Below the pieces are notes generated by a model. It did no database searches, was not told the DNA's origin, and saw only the letters and a program-made list of their open reading frames with translations. From assembly GCA_009859145.1 (NCBI GenBank), contig VRVR01000009.1, positions 148,253 to 212,252 on the forward strand: 64,000 bases of DNA, in the 5' to 3' direction. The stretch is from Andalucia godoyi And28 (Eukaryota; Protista; Jakobida). Each line of letters starts with the position of its first letter. The first letter of the stretch is position 1. Positions 19,469 to 31,215 of the stretch are shown here, in pieces. The position numbers were made by a program, and so were the translations under genes.

Positions 19469-21778
19469 TTAAAACCTCCAATCCGCTGCGGTGTCCAGCG
19501 TCCATTTGAACTTCTTGAGCATGGTATTCGAGAACACTTTGTTGACAGGAACGTCATTCTTCTTGCACCATGCAATCGAAATGCGTGGATCCATGTAGTT
19601 GATCTTGGACGTTGTCAAAGACACAGCTTTCGTATCGTCCTTGATCGCCATCTGCGCCTTCTTATTCGACAGACTCTCTTCAGCACGCTTCACTGCACTC
19701 AGTAACGACTCTAAACTGGAAGGCATTGGCTTCGGTTTCCATTCAGCAGATTCCAGCTTCTGTTTGCGCTTGGTGTCTGCTTCCGTCCACGCTTGCAGAC
19801 GTTCCAGATGGACAGCAGCCATCTGATCTTCCTTCTCCTTCATCTTGATCTCGAAATCTGCCCTCTCTGCGGCAAGCTGAGCCTCAAACATGGGCTTCTT
19901 GTGCTTCTCTTCGTAAGAGTCCCAGAGCTTGCTTGCAGCTTCTTTGCCAGACTGATCCCACACGCGAGCGCTCGATCGTAGCTGCTCCAACGAAATCTCA
20001 TCCGCCGTGACTTTCGTTTGCATCTTCTCCATAACCTTTTGGTGCCCCTTTGGCAAGGATCGTTGATGGTTGCAGAGTATGGCAACATCTCGATTGGCAG
20101 CATTGTAAATCACGAGTTTTTCTGAAACTGTCAGAGACGAACAGACTTCGCGTTCATGCAGCAGCTTATCCAATAAAAAGGAGGCGTTAAACGTACGGAA
20201 AACCTTCGCCGTAAGCCCATCCATGAGCTCCTTCAGATAACTGTTGAGTTTTGCAGGGACCAACCTGTCAAAGACGTCCACTCCCACTTTCTTGCCCTTT
20301 TTAAAACGAGACAGATTTCTGTACACTTGCTCGTCAACCTTCACAGTATTCGTGTACTGAATCGAATCCTTACCCAGAAAATCAAATGTAACAGTGTTAT
20401 TTCCTTCAAGAACGACGTGTTCCACGCGAAGAGAGCAGCAGCCAACAGTGTCTGCCTCGTCTTCACCCTTTTCATTTCCCACACGAAGCGCAAGCTTGTC
20501 AATTAGGTACAGAGCGGTGGCCCGTTGCCGGACTTCCTCATCCTTGTCGTGCAGCTCTTTGGTGTAGCCCTCGCGAATATCATCAATACAGTCCTTCAGT
20601 CTCCGAGCCTTTTCATATTTCTCGTAATCGGAAAGCGTCTTGAAAGTGGAATCCGCCGCCAAGAACACATACTTGAAAGAATCATTGATAGTGTCCTTCC
20701 AGAAAGCAAGCCAAGTTACAGTATTGTCGTGGATGACATTTGCCCAGGCATGTCCAGCAGGCGGCTTGGGAATTTGATCATTCTCTCCACAGTTGATAGT
20801 AACGTCTTCAGGCTGGATGCGCGGCTTCACCTTGCCCATATTCGGATGCTCACCGCGTCCGCGGAACAGACCTGGTGGTTCTACTCTAAAGTTTCCAACT
20901 CGCTCCTTCCTTCCATCAATCGTAGCGAATGCATACGGTTCTTCCATTTCATCCTTTTCCTTTTTCGCCTTTTGCTTCTCTTCTCGACTCAACAAGTTCT
21001 TCTTCGCTCGTTGCAGTGCCAAGAGTTCCGCAATCGGTCTGAAATCGCACTTATCCAGCGTGTCAATCACGTGGTCGGGACCAAGAACTTTGACAAAATC
21101 CGCCCAAAAGTTTTGATTAAACACAGGTTTCTGCGGGTAGTCGGAATTCAGACACGCAGCATACATTGTTGCGTATTCTTCCTGAGCGGCTGTCAAGTCA
21201 ACGGGTCTTCCATCATACAGCATCTTCACTCCATGAGCCTCGTATGCCGGGGGAAACAGCACACCATTATGATGCAGTGACGTCCACTTTATGGTACCCT
21301 TTTTCATTGAAAGAGCATTGTCGTCTGCATTCCACCATTCCATTCCATCTTCTTTCTCCTCGTCTTCGTCAACGTCTTCAATTACCGCCTCTTTTCCCTT
21401 CCGCTTTTGTGGAGCAGCCGCCTCCTCTTTTCCCATCTGCTTTTGTGGAGCAGCCGCCGCCTCTTTTCCCTTCTGCTTTTGTGGAGCAGCTGCCGCCTCT
21501 TTTCCCTTATGCTTTTGTGGAGCAGCTGCCGCCTCTTTTCCTTTCACTGGAACAGCCTTTTCCTTTTGCTTTTCCGGTTCCTTTGTGTGAGTATGTGCAG
21601 CAGGCTTTGCTTTTTTCGAAGGTCTCACCGGAGACTGATCATCGTCGAGCACCCGTTTTGCTCGTGCGGCAGGAGGCTTTGAAGACAGAGGTTTTGCCGG
21701 TATTGGCTTCGCAGGTGTCGAGGCAGCTTTCCTGGCAGCGAGAACCGTCAGAGGAATGTCATCATCGCTGTCTGACAT
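19469..21778 (-). CDS. TOP1: DNA topoisomerase I (type IB)
   Basis: KWTSLHHNGVLFPPAY, EPPGLFRGRGEHP, RVGNEK, CCSLRVEH, KVFRTFNAS and catalytic TSKINYMDPRI motifs. Confidence 0.98.
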   Translation of the reverse strand: MSDSDDDIPLTVLAARKAASTPAKPIPAKPLSSKPPAARAKRVLDDDQSPVRPSKKAKPAAHTHTKEPEKQKEKAVPVKGKEAAAAPQKHKGKEAAAAPQKQKGKEAAAAPQKQMGKEEAAAPQKRKGKEAVIEDVDEDEEKEDGMEWWNADDNALSMKKGTIKWTSLHHNGVLFPPAYEAHGVKMLYDGRPVDLTAAQEEYATMYAACLNSDYPQKPVFNQNFWADFVKVLGPDHVIDTLDKCDFRPIAELLALQRAKKNLLSREEKQKAKKEKDEMEEPYAFATIDGRKERVGNFRVEPPGLFRGRGEHPNMGKVKPRIQPEDVTINCGENDQIPKPPAGHAWANVIHDNTVTWLAFWKDTINDSFKYVFLAADSTFKTLSDYEKYEKARRLKDCIDDIREGYTKELHDKDEEVRQRATALYLIDKLALRVGNEKGEDEADTVGCCSLRVEHVVLEGNNTVTFDFLGKDSIQYTNTVKVDEQVYRNLSRFKKGKKVGVDVFDRLVPAKLNSYLKELMDGLTAKVFRTFNASFLLDKLLHEREVCSSLTVSEKLVIYNAANRDVAILCNHQRSLPKGHQKVMEKMQTKVTADEISLEQLRSSARVWDQSGKEAASKLWDSYEEKHKKPMFEAQLAAERADFEIKMKEKEDQMAAVHLERLQAWTEADTKRKQKLESAEWKPKPMPSSLESLLSAVKRAEESLSNKKAQMAIKDDTKAVSLTTSKINYMDPRISIAWCKKNDVPVNKVFSNTMLKKFKWTLDTAADWRF
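21385..21544 (-). repeat. Coding 36-bp tandem repeat, about 4.4 copies (KGKEAAAAPQKx), in the Top1 N-terminus
   Basis: Read directly from sequence and translation. Confidence 0.95.
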
Positions 21779-22258
21779 TTGTACAAGTTGTACCCCAAAA
21801 AGGACGACGAGATTGGAGTACTGAAGCAGGACACGAAGCGAAACAAAAAAAAGGAACAGAAAACTGAAAAGGAAAAGCAGCAAATCCAAAACAAAAAAAA
21901 CCATAAAGAAAAAATAAAAAGGCAGTGAATCGCAGGCCTGGGGTTTTCTTATCACAGAAACTGTCGATCAGCGACTTTCTGTCTTTCTTTTTGGAGGGAA
22001 AACGCCGCAGAAAGACGATGAGTATCAAGTGATGCTGCCGTCGAGCGAAGTGGCCAAGTCGACGAAGTCATACAAACCTTTTGCAAAGCAATGCGACGCT
22101 GTTAGTTTCTGCTTCCTCGTCCGCCGTTCGCTCCGCGTCTTGGTAAGTAGGTAGTCCGCGAAAGTCTAGTTTTTAAAAAACAAACAACAACACCCAAAAA
22201 TTAAAAACAAAAAACAGCAAACAGAAAAAAAAAAAGGAATTTTAAAAAAAGTGGAAAA

Positions 22259-23823
22259 ATGGAAGAACTTAAAGCGCTGGGGAACAAGCTTTTTGAGAAA
22301 AAAGAGTATGAAGAAGCCGTCGAAGTATATTCACAGGCCTTGGATTTGGCTGCGGACAATGTTGCGCTTCTTTGCAACCGCGCACTGTGCTTCATTCGGC
22401 TAGGTATGTGTTTGCATTTTTGCTTCTGTCGGATGTGTTTTGCTCTTCTTATTGAGCAATGGGCATCACCTCCTTCCACCACACACACACACACACACAC
22501 TCCCCACTTTTTTTGAATTTTTATTGCTTATTTCACTTTTTGTTTGCAAAATGGTGTATAGAAAAGTATGGCGGTGCATTGGAGGATGCGAATGCAGCGC
22601 TGGTTGCGGATCCGATGAGTGCAAAAGCACATTATCGACGAGGCGCCGCTCTTATGGGGCTGCTGAAGTACAAAGACGCTCTTGAGGATTTCCGCGCGGT
22701 AATGCGAATGAATCCGTCTGACCCGATTGCAAAGCAAAAGTTCACTCTTTGTGAAAAGGAGGTTCGTCGGATTGCGTTTGAAGAAGCGATTGAGAGTGAA
22801 GCAACGAAGGCATTGTGGCAGACACTGGACATCTCCAGCATGTCGATTGAGTCTACGTATGACGGCCCACAGGTTTGCCAGACACTGGAGGACGTTCGCC
22901 AGATTGCAGAGTTCATGCGGGGAGAAAAGAGAGTTCATAAGAGAATGATGTGCGACATTCTCGTTCGAGCACGCAAGATTTTCATGGATCTGCCCTCACT
23001 TGTGGACATCAGTGTTCCGGAAGGCAACAAGATCACGGTGTGCGGTGACACTCATGGCCAGTACTACGACCTGTTGAATATTTTCCAACGGAATGGATGG
23101 CCGTCATCGTCGAATCCGTATGTGTTCAACGGAGACTTTGTCGATCGCGGTTCCTTTTCTGTTGAAGTGATCTCTTTGTTGTTGGCATTCAAAGTTGTGG
23201 ATCCTACCTGCATCCATTTGACACGTGGAAATCATGAAAGCCGCTCGCTGAACCGTGTGTATGGATTTGAAGGAGAGGTGCACCACAAATACAACGGTAC
23301 CGTCTACACCCTCTTTCAGGAGGTGTTTGCGGTCTTGCCGCTTACGGTTATTCTGAACAAACGAGTGATGGTTGTGCATGGAGGCATTCCAGCCGATGAA
23401 AACGTCACCCTCGATGACATTCGAGCCATTTCACGAGAGGGCGATATTCCGGAATCGGGGGTCATGACAGAACTTTTGTGGGCTGACCCGCACCCTGGCC
23501 GAGGAAAGATTCCTTCGAAGAGAGGTGTTGGCACTCAATTTGGATCTGACATCACTGCAGCTTTCCTGGCACGCAACGGACTTGACCTCTTGGTTCGGTC
23601 GCACGAAGTGAAGGAAAACGGATACGAAGAAATGCATCATGGAAAGTGCATTACCATCTTTTCTGCTCCAAATTATTGCGACCAAATGGGGAATAACGGG
23701 GCGTACATTGTGTTTACTGCAAATGCAGGGGGCGCGCTCACTAAGGAGTATGTCCAATTCCAGGCAGTGCCCCATCCGACCGTTCGTCCCATGCAATACT
23801 CTTCTATGGGCTCTTTCATGTAA
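22259..23823 (+). CDS. PPP5C: Ser/Thr protein phosphatase 5; exon 22259-22403, intron 22404-22561, exon 22562-23823
   Basis: N-terminal TPRs (EELKALGNKLFEKKEY), then GDTHGQ, GDFVDRG, RGNHE and FSAPNYCDQMGN motifs. The GTATGT...TAG intron restores the frame. Confidence 0.96.
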
Positions 23824-24436
23824 TTTTGAACACAATAGTGAAATGAACTAGAAAAAGGCAAAACCTTTCAGCTGCTGCTCTCATCCTCCTCGTCATCCTC
23901 TTCTCTCTTGCTGTACTATCCTCCAACCCAAACGTCTTGTGGACAGTCACAATTTCATCGGATAGTATGACTGAGCTGACAGCCGTCGACCTCCGACGAA
24001 AAATGGATTGTTTCTGTATGGATGCTCAGACCCCGCAGATGTCCCACTCCAAAGTACACATTTGATGGGTGCTCGTGCTGATCTGAAAAGTCATCATGTT
24101 TCATAAAATTTGTCCGAGGCGCAGCATGCGAGCCCAAAATGCTTGGAGAGGTATGCGTTTGAGGATAGTAGCTAACCAGAGGAGGTTGATGCTTCGTGAT
24201 GGCATAGTTGATGGTACAATCCCGGCATTTGAAACGGGTCCTTCCAATCTTTCCATCATCGATTCACAGTCATCAGTCTCTCTGTCTTTTATTGTCATCA
24301 TTATTTTATTTTATTCATTTCCCCTTCTTTTCATTTCCCCCTTCTTCGTCTTCGTCACCTTTTCTGACTTTTGCCGTCATACAAAGACTGCTGCTGCGAT
24401 CGCAATAGACAAGAAGGAGCGTAGTCAGGATCAATC

Positions 24437-25048
24437 ATGGTGCTTTTCTCAGTTGTTTCGTACGTTTCTCTATACTTGCTGCTTGCATTCTGTGCTCTGT
24501 GCATTGCAACCGGATTGTATTATCTTTCTGAAATCGCAGAGGAATATACAGTTTTCACCAAGAAAAGCATTTCGTATGCCATTAAAGGCATCTGTGGAAT
24601 TTATGGGTTGCTCTGGCTGTTTGGTGATCTGCCGTTCACATATGCGGCTTTTGGAGCAATCAGCCACGCTGTGTATGGGACATTGCTTCACGGGTTCCCG
24701 TTTTTCCAGGTTCGTCAGATCAAGTTCATTGCGTCAGTTGCGGTGTTCGTTCTGAGCCAGTGGGTCTGGTGGAGATACTTCACCTCGCCGTATGTGGAGG
24801 ACTACTCTTCTATCCAGGTGCTCGCATTTTGCTTTGCAATGGTTTGGTCAACTCCATTCGCCTTCTTTATTTCATTGTCATTGTACGATTTCGGCATGCC
24901 AATTGATGGATTTGGACCTAAGGGTGGCGCGGCAAACATTGATAAAAACGGCCCGCTGATGACCGGAAAGAAGCGCACCAGTTTGATGTCCATCGCGAAG
25001 AACAAGATTTCTTCGGTCGTGGACTCTGTGAAATCTTTGCGTCCTTGA
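24437..25048 (+). CDS. TEX261/Svp26-family membrane cargo adaptor
   Basis: CIATGLYYLSEIAEEYTVFTK signature and multiple transmembrane helices. Confidence 0.88.
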   Translation: MVLFSVVSYVSLYLLLAFCALCIATGLYYLSEIAEEYTVFTKKSISYAIKGICGIYGLLWLFGDLPFTYAAFGAISHAVYGTLLHGFPFFQVRQIKFIASVAVFVLSQWVWWRYFTSPYVEDYSSIQVLAFCFAMVWSTPFAFFISLSLYDFGMPIDGFGPKGGAANIDKNGPLMTGKKRTSLMSIAKNKISSVVDSVKSLRP

Positions 25049-25155
25049 AAAAAAAATGAAGTCTCTTTTTCTGTAAAGTTATGTCAAATCAACTTCTAGA
25101 AAATTAATTAAAAAATAAAATAAAATTGAAAAGTGCGTAGGTTTTGGTAGATAAA

Positions 25156-28100
25156 TTACTGGTTTGGTGCGGCATCATCAATGCTCACAACTACATCCGC
25201 ACCAATGTAACAGTCGGATACCACATGAGCAACCAAGTTTCCGGAATGCTCTTCAAGGGCAAATGACACTTCAACCGGTTCTTGCAAATTTCCTAACAGA
25301 TACTGAACCCCGAGTACCTTGCGAGCCGTCGAATCAACAACCAACACCCACCACCCCTCGTGAAGCTTCGGGCAGACGCGAGAAAGCGGCTGATGTACAA
25401 TGGGGACGATGGGTGCGGTTTCATCCGAATCCAGAGAGCGAACCAGCCGCAAGGCAACCTGCGTCGTCTCGGTAGTGGAAACCTCATGACTCACAGAAAT
25501 GGACGGAAATGAATTGCAGAATTCAGCAATGTCCAGTTGCTGACTCTCCGTCAGTTCGGCAAAGAGCTGTGCTCGTGTGTCGTCTTCGCAGTCTGCCAAG
25601 TCCAAAGGGGTCTGAATGGAATGCGATTCACACAACTTGATCAAGTCTTTTGAGAAGTGCGGAACCTGCAACAGCGCTTGATACGCAGACTTCATCACCC
25701 ACGTTCCCTGACAAAAGTATTGACTAAGCCGCATGGCAGTCAAACACGTGTCCGGAAGATTGAGAAGAGCGCAAACGTCAACACTGGCACGCAACAACGG
25801 CAGCAAACGACCAACTATCTCGCACAGCACTGTCGTCAGCAGCGGTCTAGAGTCGAGCAATTCATGGCGATCAAGATAGAGACACATCATGAGGAAAACC
25901 CGAGAAACAGACGCATCTGACGGCACACGAAGTGGTAGATGACGAGATGCCAAGTCAAGAACATGTTTCTGGACGTGCTCCGGACTGTCGGCATCAAAGG
26001 CAATAAACTCAAGTCTGGAGACCATCGCTTGGATCTCCCCCGAATGAGAAATGAGATCCAGAAGCGTTCTTACCCCGCTCTGAGAGTCCAACTTGTCCCA
26101 CAACAGCTTACCGGTCATTGGAGATACCGCATGAGAAGAGCAGATGGTGCCAAGCGGCGTCGCAGTGAGTTCTCCCTTTTCCTCAAAGGCGTCGCCCAGA
26201 ATGCACGAATTTTCTGACAAAAGAGCACAATAAGAGTCAACAACTCCGGACAAATATTCTTTCATTCCGCGATTGAGATCATCGTCAGAAATGTGAGACA
26301 CCAATTTTGGAGATAGAAATCCATAAAACGAAGGATTCAACCAGAATCTGCGATACGCAAAGGACCATGTAAACAATTCCAATACGTCCGGAACACTCGA
26401 CACAGATGCCAACGCCACCTCTGAATTCAGCACGTTCAGGTACGGCGAGACTTGCATGGAGGCGTCCAGAAGACGCGATTCGAGGATAGGAAGATCCAGA
26501 AAACTACTCGAAAGAACATTCTCGTGCACATTCCTGCAAAATACGTGCACAGAGTGGAAGGGACCATAAAATAGTCTGCGAAGAACAGCGAAATCAGGAG
26601 CGCTGCGGTTAAAGGGAGACAACGCCACGACACAGCGATCAAAGCCCGATAGGGAAAACGAAACTTCAGTCAAATTCGCGACGTACATCACAGCATGCGG
26701 GTGTGATTTCGCAGACAAACTCGCAACGTCTTCCACAAACTGGATGTTCTCCATAGCCCGTAGTTTCATCTTCAACAAGAAGGAGTCTGTTATAATCAAG
26801 CACGGATCAGGGGCCAAGTTCAACTGTGCAGCAATGGACGACAACAGAGCATCTTCCGTCTGAATTCCAACAACGTGAACACGTGGGTGCTGTTGATCAG
26901 CAGAAAACATGTCCACCACTCGATTTTCCTGAACTCCAATCCATTCCAGCAGATTCCGAATATTTGCCACTGGAAGAAGTGAGCAATACATGGACACGGG
27001 ACGCTGAGTGAGAGAAGATATGTACCGGGCTCTCGAAACCACAATTTCCAATGCAGGGGACAAGACCTCAAGACAGTCAATGGCATAGACATCAATTTCT
27101 CGAACAGCCCGCCTCTTGCGCCACCGCCTCTGCACAATCTCCCACACATCGCATGTAGAAAGCAAGATCAAATTCTCCTTGGGATCGATGGAGACCGTGG
27201 CAGAGGACACCTTCAACACACGCAAATCACTTGATATCTCAGCCTCCACAAACGCCTCAGCGGCAGCAAGATCGTTTTCTGAATGGACCAGAAAGACACA
27301 TCGGAACGGCGATGCGGATTCTGATTTCCGAAGAGAAAAACACTGCAGGACAGAAACAACAAAAATTTTCCACACTGACCGGAAATGGGCAGAAGAGAGG
27401 AGTAGAAATGAGTCTCCTGGAGAAGTCGAGGTCAGCTGAAGCGCTCCTTCAACAGCTCCAACAACCTGATCTACGCTCAAGGAAGCGGACATGCGCGGAG
27501 GGACAATCATATCAAATGTGATGGGAAGCAACGAATCCGCAGACAAGAACCTGTCCGAGCTCAATCTGATGAAGCACTGAAAAGGCCATTTTGGAGTGGA
27601 AACGTACATCTCCAAAATAAGAGACGACGACTGCTTGCCTGAACTGCGTCGAAACACACCCAAAGACACCACGTCTGTCCACAAAATATCTCCTCCAGAG
27701 CCAGACTCGACGTTCACGAGCACAGCATGTCTGCCAGGGACAGCATCCATCAGAGATCCGATGTCAAAATCGCATTGCACGCTAAGCAGAAACTTGAAGA
27801 AATTGTAAGAAAGTGGTTGCACAGCTGCGGTCAAACGGAACCTTGGAAGAAGCTGGATAGCCGAGTGGATGTCGTGGCAAACATCAGAGGGGGCATTCAG
27901 AACATCCATCAGATCGGCCTCGGAAAGATGAAACAAGGACGCAGCCGGGACGCCTTTCTTTTCAATGGCCGACAAGGCATTTCTAACATCCACACTGGAC
28001 AGCGGAAACTGTCGAAGCGGGCACTGGCAAGCCCACAGTCTATGCTCTACCTGAACCGCCCATCTTAGCGTGCACAGGGCAGCCGGGCCATTTCGGAAAG

Positions 28101-30909
28101 CCACAGACAGAGAATGAAGGGCACGAAGCAGCCTTCCAGCCGATGCAGACACGTACGCCATATCGGCAGAAAGCGAAAATCCGGTGAGGGGAATGCGGGA
28201 TAGATAGCATTGTAGAAGGCAGCTCACCTTCATAACATTCTGCATCGGCAAGTCATGGACAGGAATAGGCACTATTTGTGACAGACGCAGCAATTCCGGC
28301 CGTTCTTCCTCGCGAACAATAATCTGACGGAACTCATAAGACGAGCCAAACACACTGAGCAAATCCCGATCCGAACTCCGAAGCTTCCGCAAAGCGGCGG
28401 TGTACTCTCGTACATTCTCATGTCGAAGATAAAAATCAGAAGCAATTCGACCGATGGCTGAAGGCTTCACCATTCCACTCGCCGAATTGAATTCCACCAT
28501 TCCACATTCATCCAAATCTCGAAAAATGGAACGAACAAGAGATGACCGAAGCGTAATAGATGCCTCTGGAGAGCTGATAAACTCGCTCCCGATACCATAT
28601 CTCAACGGTTCTCTCGTGCTTCTAGTCGACCAGTATGTGAACGAAAGGAATCGCACAGCGTCCGCAACAGATGCAACGCGCTCACTTGCAACCTCTCCAC
28701 TCAACGTATCATGCAAACTTGCCATTAATCGCGACTCCACGGGCATTTGAGAATGAGCCACTGCTGCATGGTGCAGCATAGAGGACACAGAATCCGCGAT
28801 CACAACTCCAAGCCCCGAAGTGTCGAACTGCGGTCGTCCCGCACGACCCATCATTTGCACAAGGTCCAGCCAAGACATTTCCACCCAATCTCCAGCGCTC
28901 GCATCGTACACACGTGTTCCTTTGATGATCACCGTGTGTGCGGGCAGGTTGACTCCCCAGGCCAAAGTGGCGGTGGAGACTAGAACGGAAATTCTGCCAT
29001 CCGCAAACAAGTCTTCGACCAGAGCACGATCCGCGCGAGTCATTCCTGCATGATGTATTCCAATGCCATATCGTAAAAGCTCGCGCAAGTCTACAGATTG
29101 AATGTCGTTTCCCGCACAAAGAGAAGCAAGAATTTGATTCGAATCTTGGGACATAAACCCCATCAGCAACGCCAACTTGTCTTCATTATCCAAACAGGTT
29201 CTGAGCACTGTTCTTCCAAATCTGGAGGTTTCCTTCCTAGAATGCACAAAGACCAGCGTCTGGTGCTTCTCTTGCATCGAAGCAAACACCTTCTGAAGAG
29301 CGATGTCATTTAGCAAAGCCGCTTTCCTGCCTGCTTTCTTCTCTGACAATCCAATGAACCGCATGGCCAGCGGGCACGGCCGAAACGAAGGATCAAAAAC
29401 AAAAGAATCCGCTTTCAAAAACGTCGCAACATCGTCGTGGTTCGGCAGTGTCGCAGACAGGCCAACCAGACGTGTGTCAAAGCCTAAAAAGCTGACACGG
29501 CCCACCAGAGACTCGATAACCGCACCTCTCGTATCATGAAGCAGATGAACTTCGTCAAAGATTATGGTAGTCACGCGCTCCAGAGGAAATCCCTGTTTTC
29601 TGGTTACGACGTCCCACTTTTCCGGCGTGGTTATGATGATATGCGAGTTCAAGATGGTGCTGCGATCCAGAGGGACATCGCCAGAAAGTTCGAATATACG
29701 CAGATTGAAACTCTCCAATCGTTTCTTGAGATTGCTGCAAACCTCAGACACCAGTGCTTTCATCGGTGCGACATACACAGCCAGAAAGGGCCGGCGTTGA
29801 TGAATCTGCAAGCCAAGGTCATGCAGAATGCACAACAACGCAACAATGGTCTTTCCGGAGCCCGTTGGCGAACAGAGCAAGATGTTTCGGTTCCCAAAAA
29901 GAGCAGCGCTATAAACAGCGCTTTGAATTCGGTTCAAATGGGTTACGCCTTCAAAAGCCGGCCACGCCCATTCAGGGATGTCCGAAACAGCGACAATTTC
30001 CAGCTGCTTCGCCGCAGCGGTCTGGGGATTTGGAAGCGGGAACGATAACTCCTCATAATCCTCGTAAAACTCTCGAACTGCACCATCGGGAACAGCAAAT
30101 CGCTTCAACTGATGCGGAACGATTGTCTGCAAGCTTGAAACATTCCTGCTGATGGCAATATCTGCCTGGCTCGAAATTGAAGAAAATGCGGCAGACGGCG
30201 TCACGAGATTTCCCGAAGGACTACCAACGCCCTGCAAATCCTTCAGCAATCTGTCACGGTTATCTACAAGAAATTGGATGACATGCAAATGCTCATACCC
30301 CAACAGCTCGGCGAGAGTGTTTCCCAATTCGTGCAAGTCCTCCACCGAAGAGAGCAAGAAGATGACCTTGCTCGCAATGTTTTCATTGTCTTCGTCTGAT
30401 GCTTCGTCCTGTTTAACGAGTGCCGAAATGAATTTGAAATCAACATGGCGTGGATACTGGATGATGACGGCATCATCATCATGATCGTTCCCAGCACTAT
30501 TATCATGAGCATCCATTCCTTCGGCTGGAAAAGTGGCGGTGTCTGCGAATGTCGAATCCTGTCCTGCTGCTAATTCCTGTTCAATAACAAGCGCAGTGTC
30601 AAATTCACCATCTTCACGCTCGGCATCGCTCTTCCAACTGTCATAATCGTTCAGTTCTTGAGCCAAGGAAAGCAGGCCGTCGAAGACTTCACGGTCCGAT
30701 TTGAAAGCATAGCCGACCAAATCCGTCAAGCTCTGTACTTTGGCAGGATCGGAAACGGACTTGCTTCTCAGAATTCCAATGATCTCAAAACATACGTCGA
30801 CCAACGCAGCATGTGTCACATCATCTCCCACAATTCCAGAAACCGCCAGCAGAAATTGCTCATAAACAGCAGAGGAATGCCGAGATAGCGGTTTGTATAA
30901 TCTTGACAT
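25156..30909 (-). CDS. SNRNP200: U5 snRNP 200-kDa helicase Brr2
   Basis: Brr2-type N-terminus, LCSPTGSGKT, DEVHLL, LSATLPN, STATLAWGVNLPAHTVIIKGT, QMMGRAGRPQFD, two Sec63 units and a degenerate second helicase cassette. Confidence 0.92.
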   Translation of the reverse strand: MSRLYKPLSRHSSAVYEQFLLAVSGIVGDDVTHAALVDVCFEIIGILRSKSVSDPAKVQSLTDLVGYAFKSDREVFDGLLSLAQELNDYDSWKSDAEREDGEFDTALVIEQELAAGQDSTFADTATFPAEGMDAHDNSAGNDHDDDAVIIQYPRHVDFKFISALVKQDEASDEDNENIASKVIFLLSSVEDLHELGNTLAELLGYEHLHVIQFLVDNRDRLLKDLQGVGSPSGNLVTPSAAFSSISSQADIAISRNVSSLQTIVPHQLKRFAVPDGAVREFYEDYEELSFPLPNPQTAAAKQLEIVAVSDIPEWAWPAFEGVTHLNRIQSAVYSAALFGNRNILLCSPTGSGKTIVALLCILHDLGLQIHQRRPFLAVYVAPMKALVSEVCSNLKKRLESFNLRIFELSGDVPLDRSTILNSHIIITTPEKWDVVTRKQGFPLERVTTIIFDEVHLLHDTRGAVIESLVGRVSFLGFDTRLVGLSATLPNHDDVATFLKADSFVFDPSFRPCPLAMRFIGLSEKKAGRKAALLNDIALQKVFASMQEKHQTLVFVHSRKETSRFGRTVLRTCLDNEDKLALLMGFMSQDSNQILASLCAGNDIQSVDLRELLRYGIGIHHAGMTRADRALVEDLFADGRISVLVSTATLAWGVNLPAHTVIIKGTRVYDASAGDWVEMSWLDLVQMMGRAGRPQFDTSGLGVVIADSVSSMLHHAAVAHSQMPVESRLMASLHDTLSGEVASERVASVADAVRFLSFTYWSTRSTREPLRYGIGSEFISSPEASITLRSSLVRSIFRDLDECGMVEFNSASGMVKPSAIGRIASDFYLRHENVREYTAALRKLRSSDRDLLSVFGSSYEFRQIIVREEERPELLRLSQIVPIPVHDLPMQNVMKVSCLLQCYLSRIPLTGFSLSADMAYVSASAGRLLRALHSLSVAFRNGPAALCTLRWAVQVEHRLWACQCPLRQFPLSSVDVRNALSAIEKKGVPAASLFHLSEADLMDVLNAPSDVCHDIHSAIQLLPRFRLTAAVQPLSYNFFKFLLSVQCDFDIGSLMDAVPGRHAVLVNVESGSGGDILWTDVVSLGVFRRSSGKQSSSLILEMYVSTPKWPFQCFIRLSSDRFLSADSLLPITFDMIVPPRMSASLSVDQVVGAVEGALQLTSTSPGDSFLLLSSAHFRSVWKIFVVSVLQCFSLRKSESASPFRCVFLVHSENDLAAAEAFVEAEISSDLRVLKVSSATVSIDPKENLILLSTCDVWEIVQRRWRKRRAVREIDVYAIDCLEVLSPALEIVVSRARYISSLTQRPVSMYCSLLPVANIRNLLEWIGVQENRVVDMFSADQQHPRVHVVGIQTEDALLSSIAAQLNLAPDPCLIITDSFLLKMKLRAMENIQFVEDVASLSAKSHPHAVMYVANLTEVSFSLSGFDRCVVALSPFNRSAPDFAVLRRLFYGPFHSVHVFCRNVHENVLSSSFLDLPILESRLLDASMQVSPYLNVLNSEVALASVSSVPDVLELFTWSFAYRRFWLNPSFYGFLSPKLVSHISDDDLNRGMKEYLSGVVDSYCALLSENSCILGDAFEEKGELTATPLGTICSSHAVSPMTGKLLWDKLDSQSGVRTLLDLISHSGEIQAMVSRLEFIAFDADSPEHVQKHVLDLASRHLPLRVPSDASVSRVFLMMCLYLDRHELLDSRPLLTTVLCEIVGRLLPLLRASVDVCALLNLPDTCLTAMRLSQYFCQGTWVMKSAYQALLQVPHFSKDLIKLCESHSIQTPLDLADCEDDTRAQLFAELTESQQLDIAEFCNSFPSISVSHEVSTTETTQVALRLVRSLDSDETAPIVPIVHQPLSRVCPKLHEGWWVLVVDSTARKVLGVQYLLGNLQEPVEVSFALEEHSGNLVAHVVSDCYIGADVVVSIDDAAPNQ

Positions 30910-31215
30910 TCAGTGAACAGCAGATCGTATGCCCACCAATGCCCACAGCCGACTACACACAATTAAAAACAAACAAGTAAAAAGGAGCACACAAAAACGC
31001 ACACACAAACAGAAACGAACCAAGACTTTTCGAGTCTCGCCTTAAACAATTGAAATGTGCGATTTGAAGGAAAATGCAAGAAATTCTTCAACGACGGCTG
31101 TAGTCAGTAGCCCATGCTCCCGTCAAAATCAGCACGATTATCGTCATCATCATCGTGGTCGTCGTCATCATCGTCCACAACAGCAACAAACAGAATCCGT
31201 AGCAGCAGCATTAGA

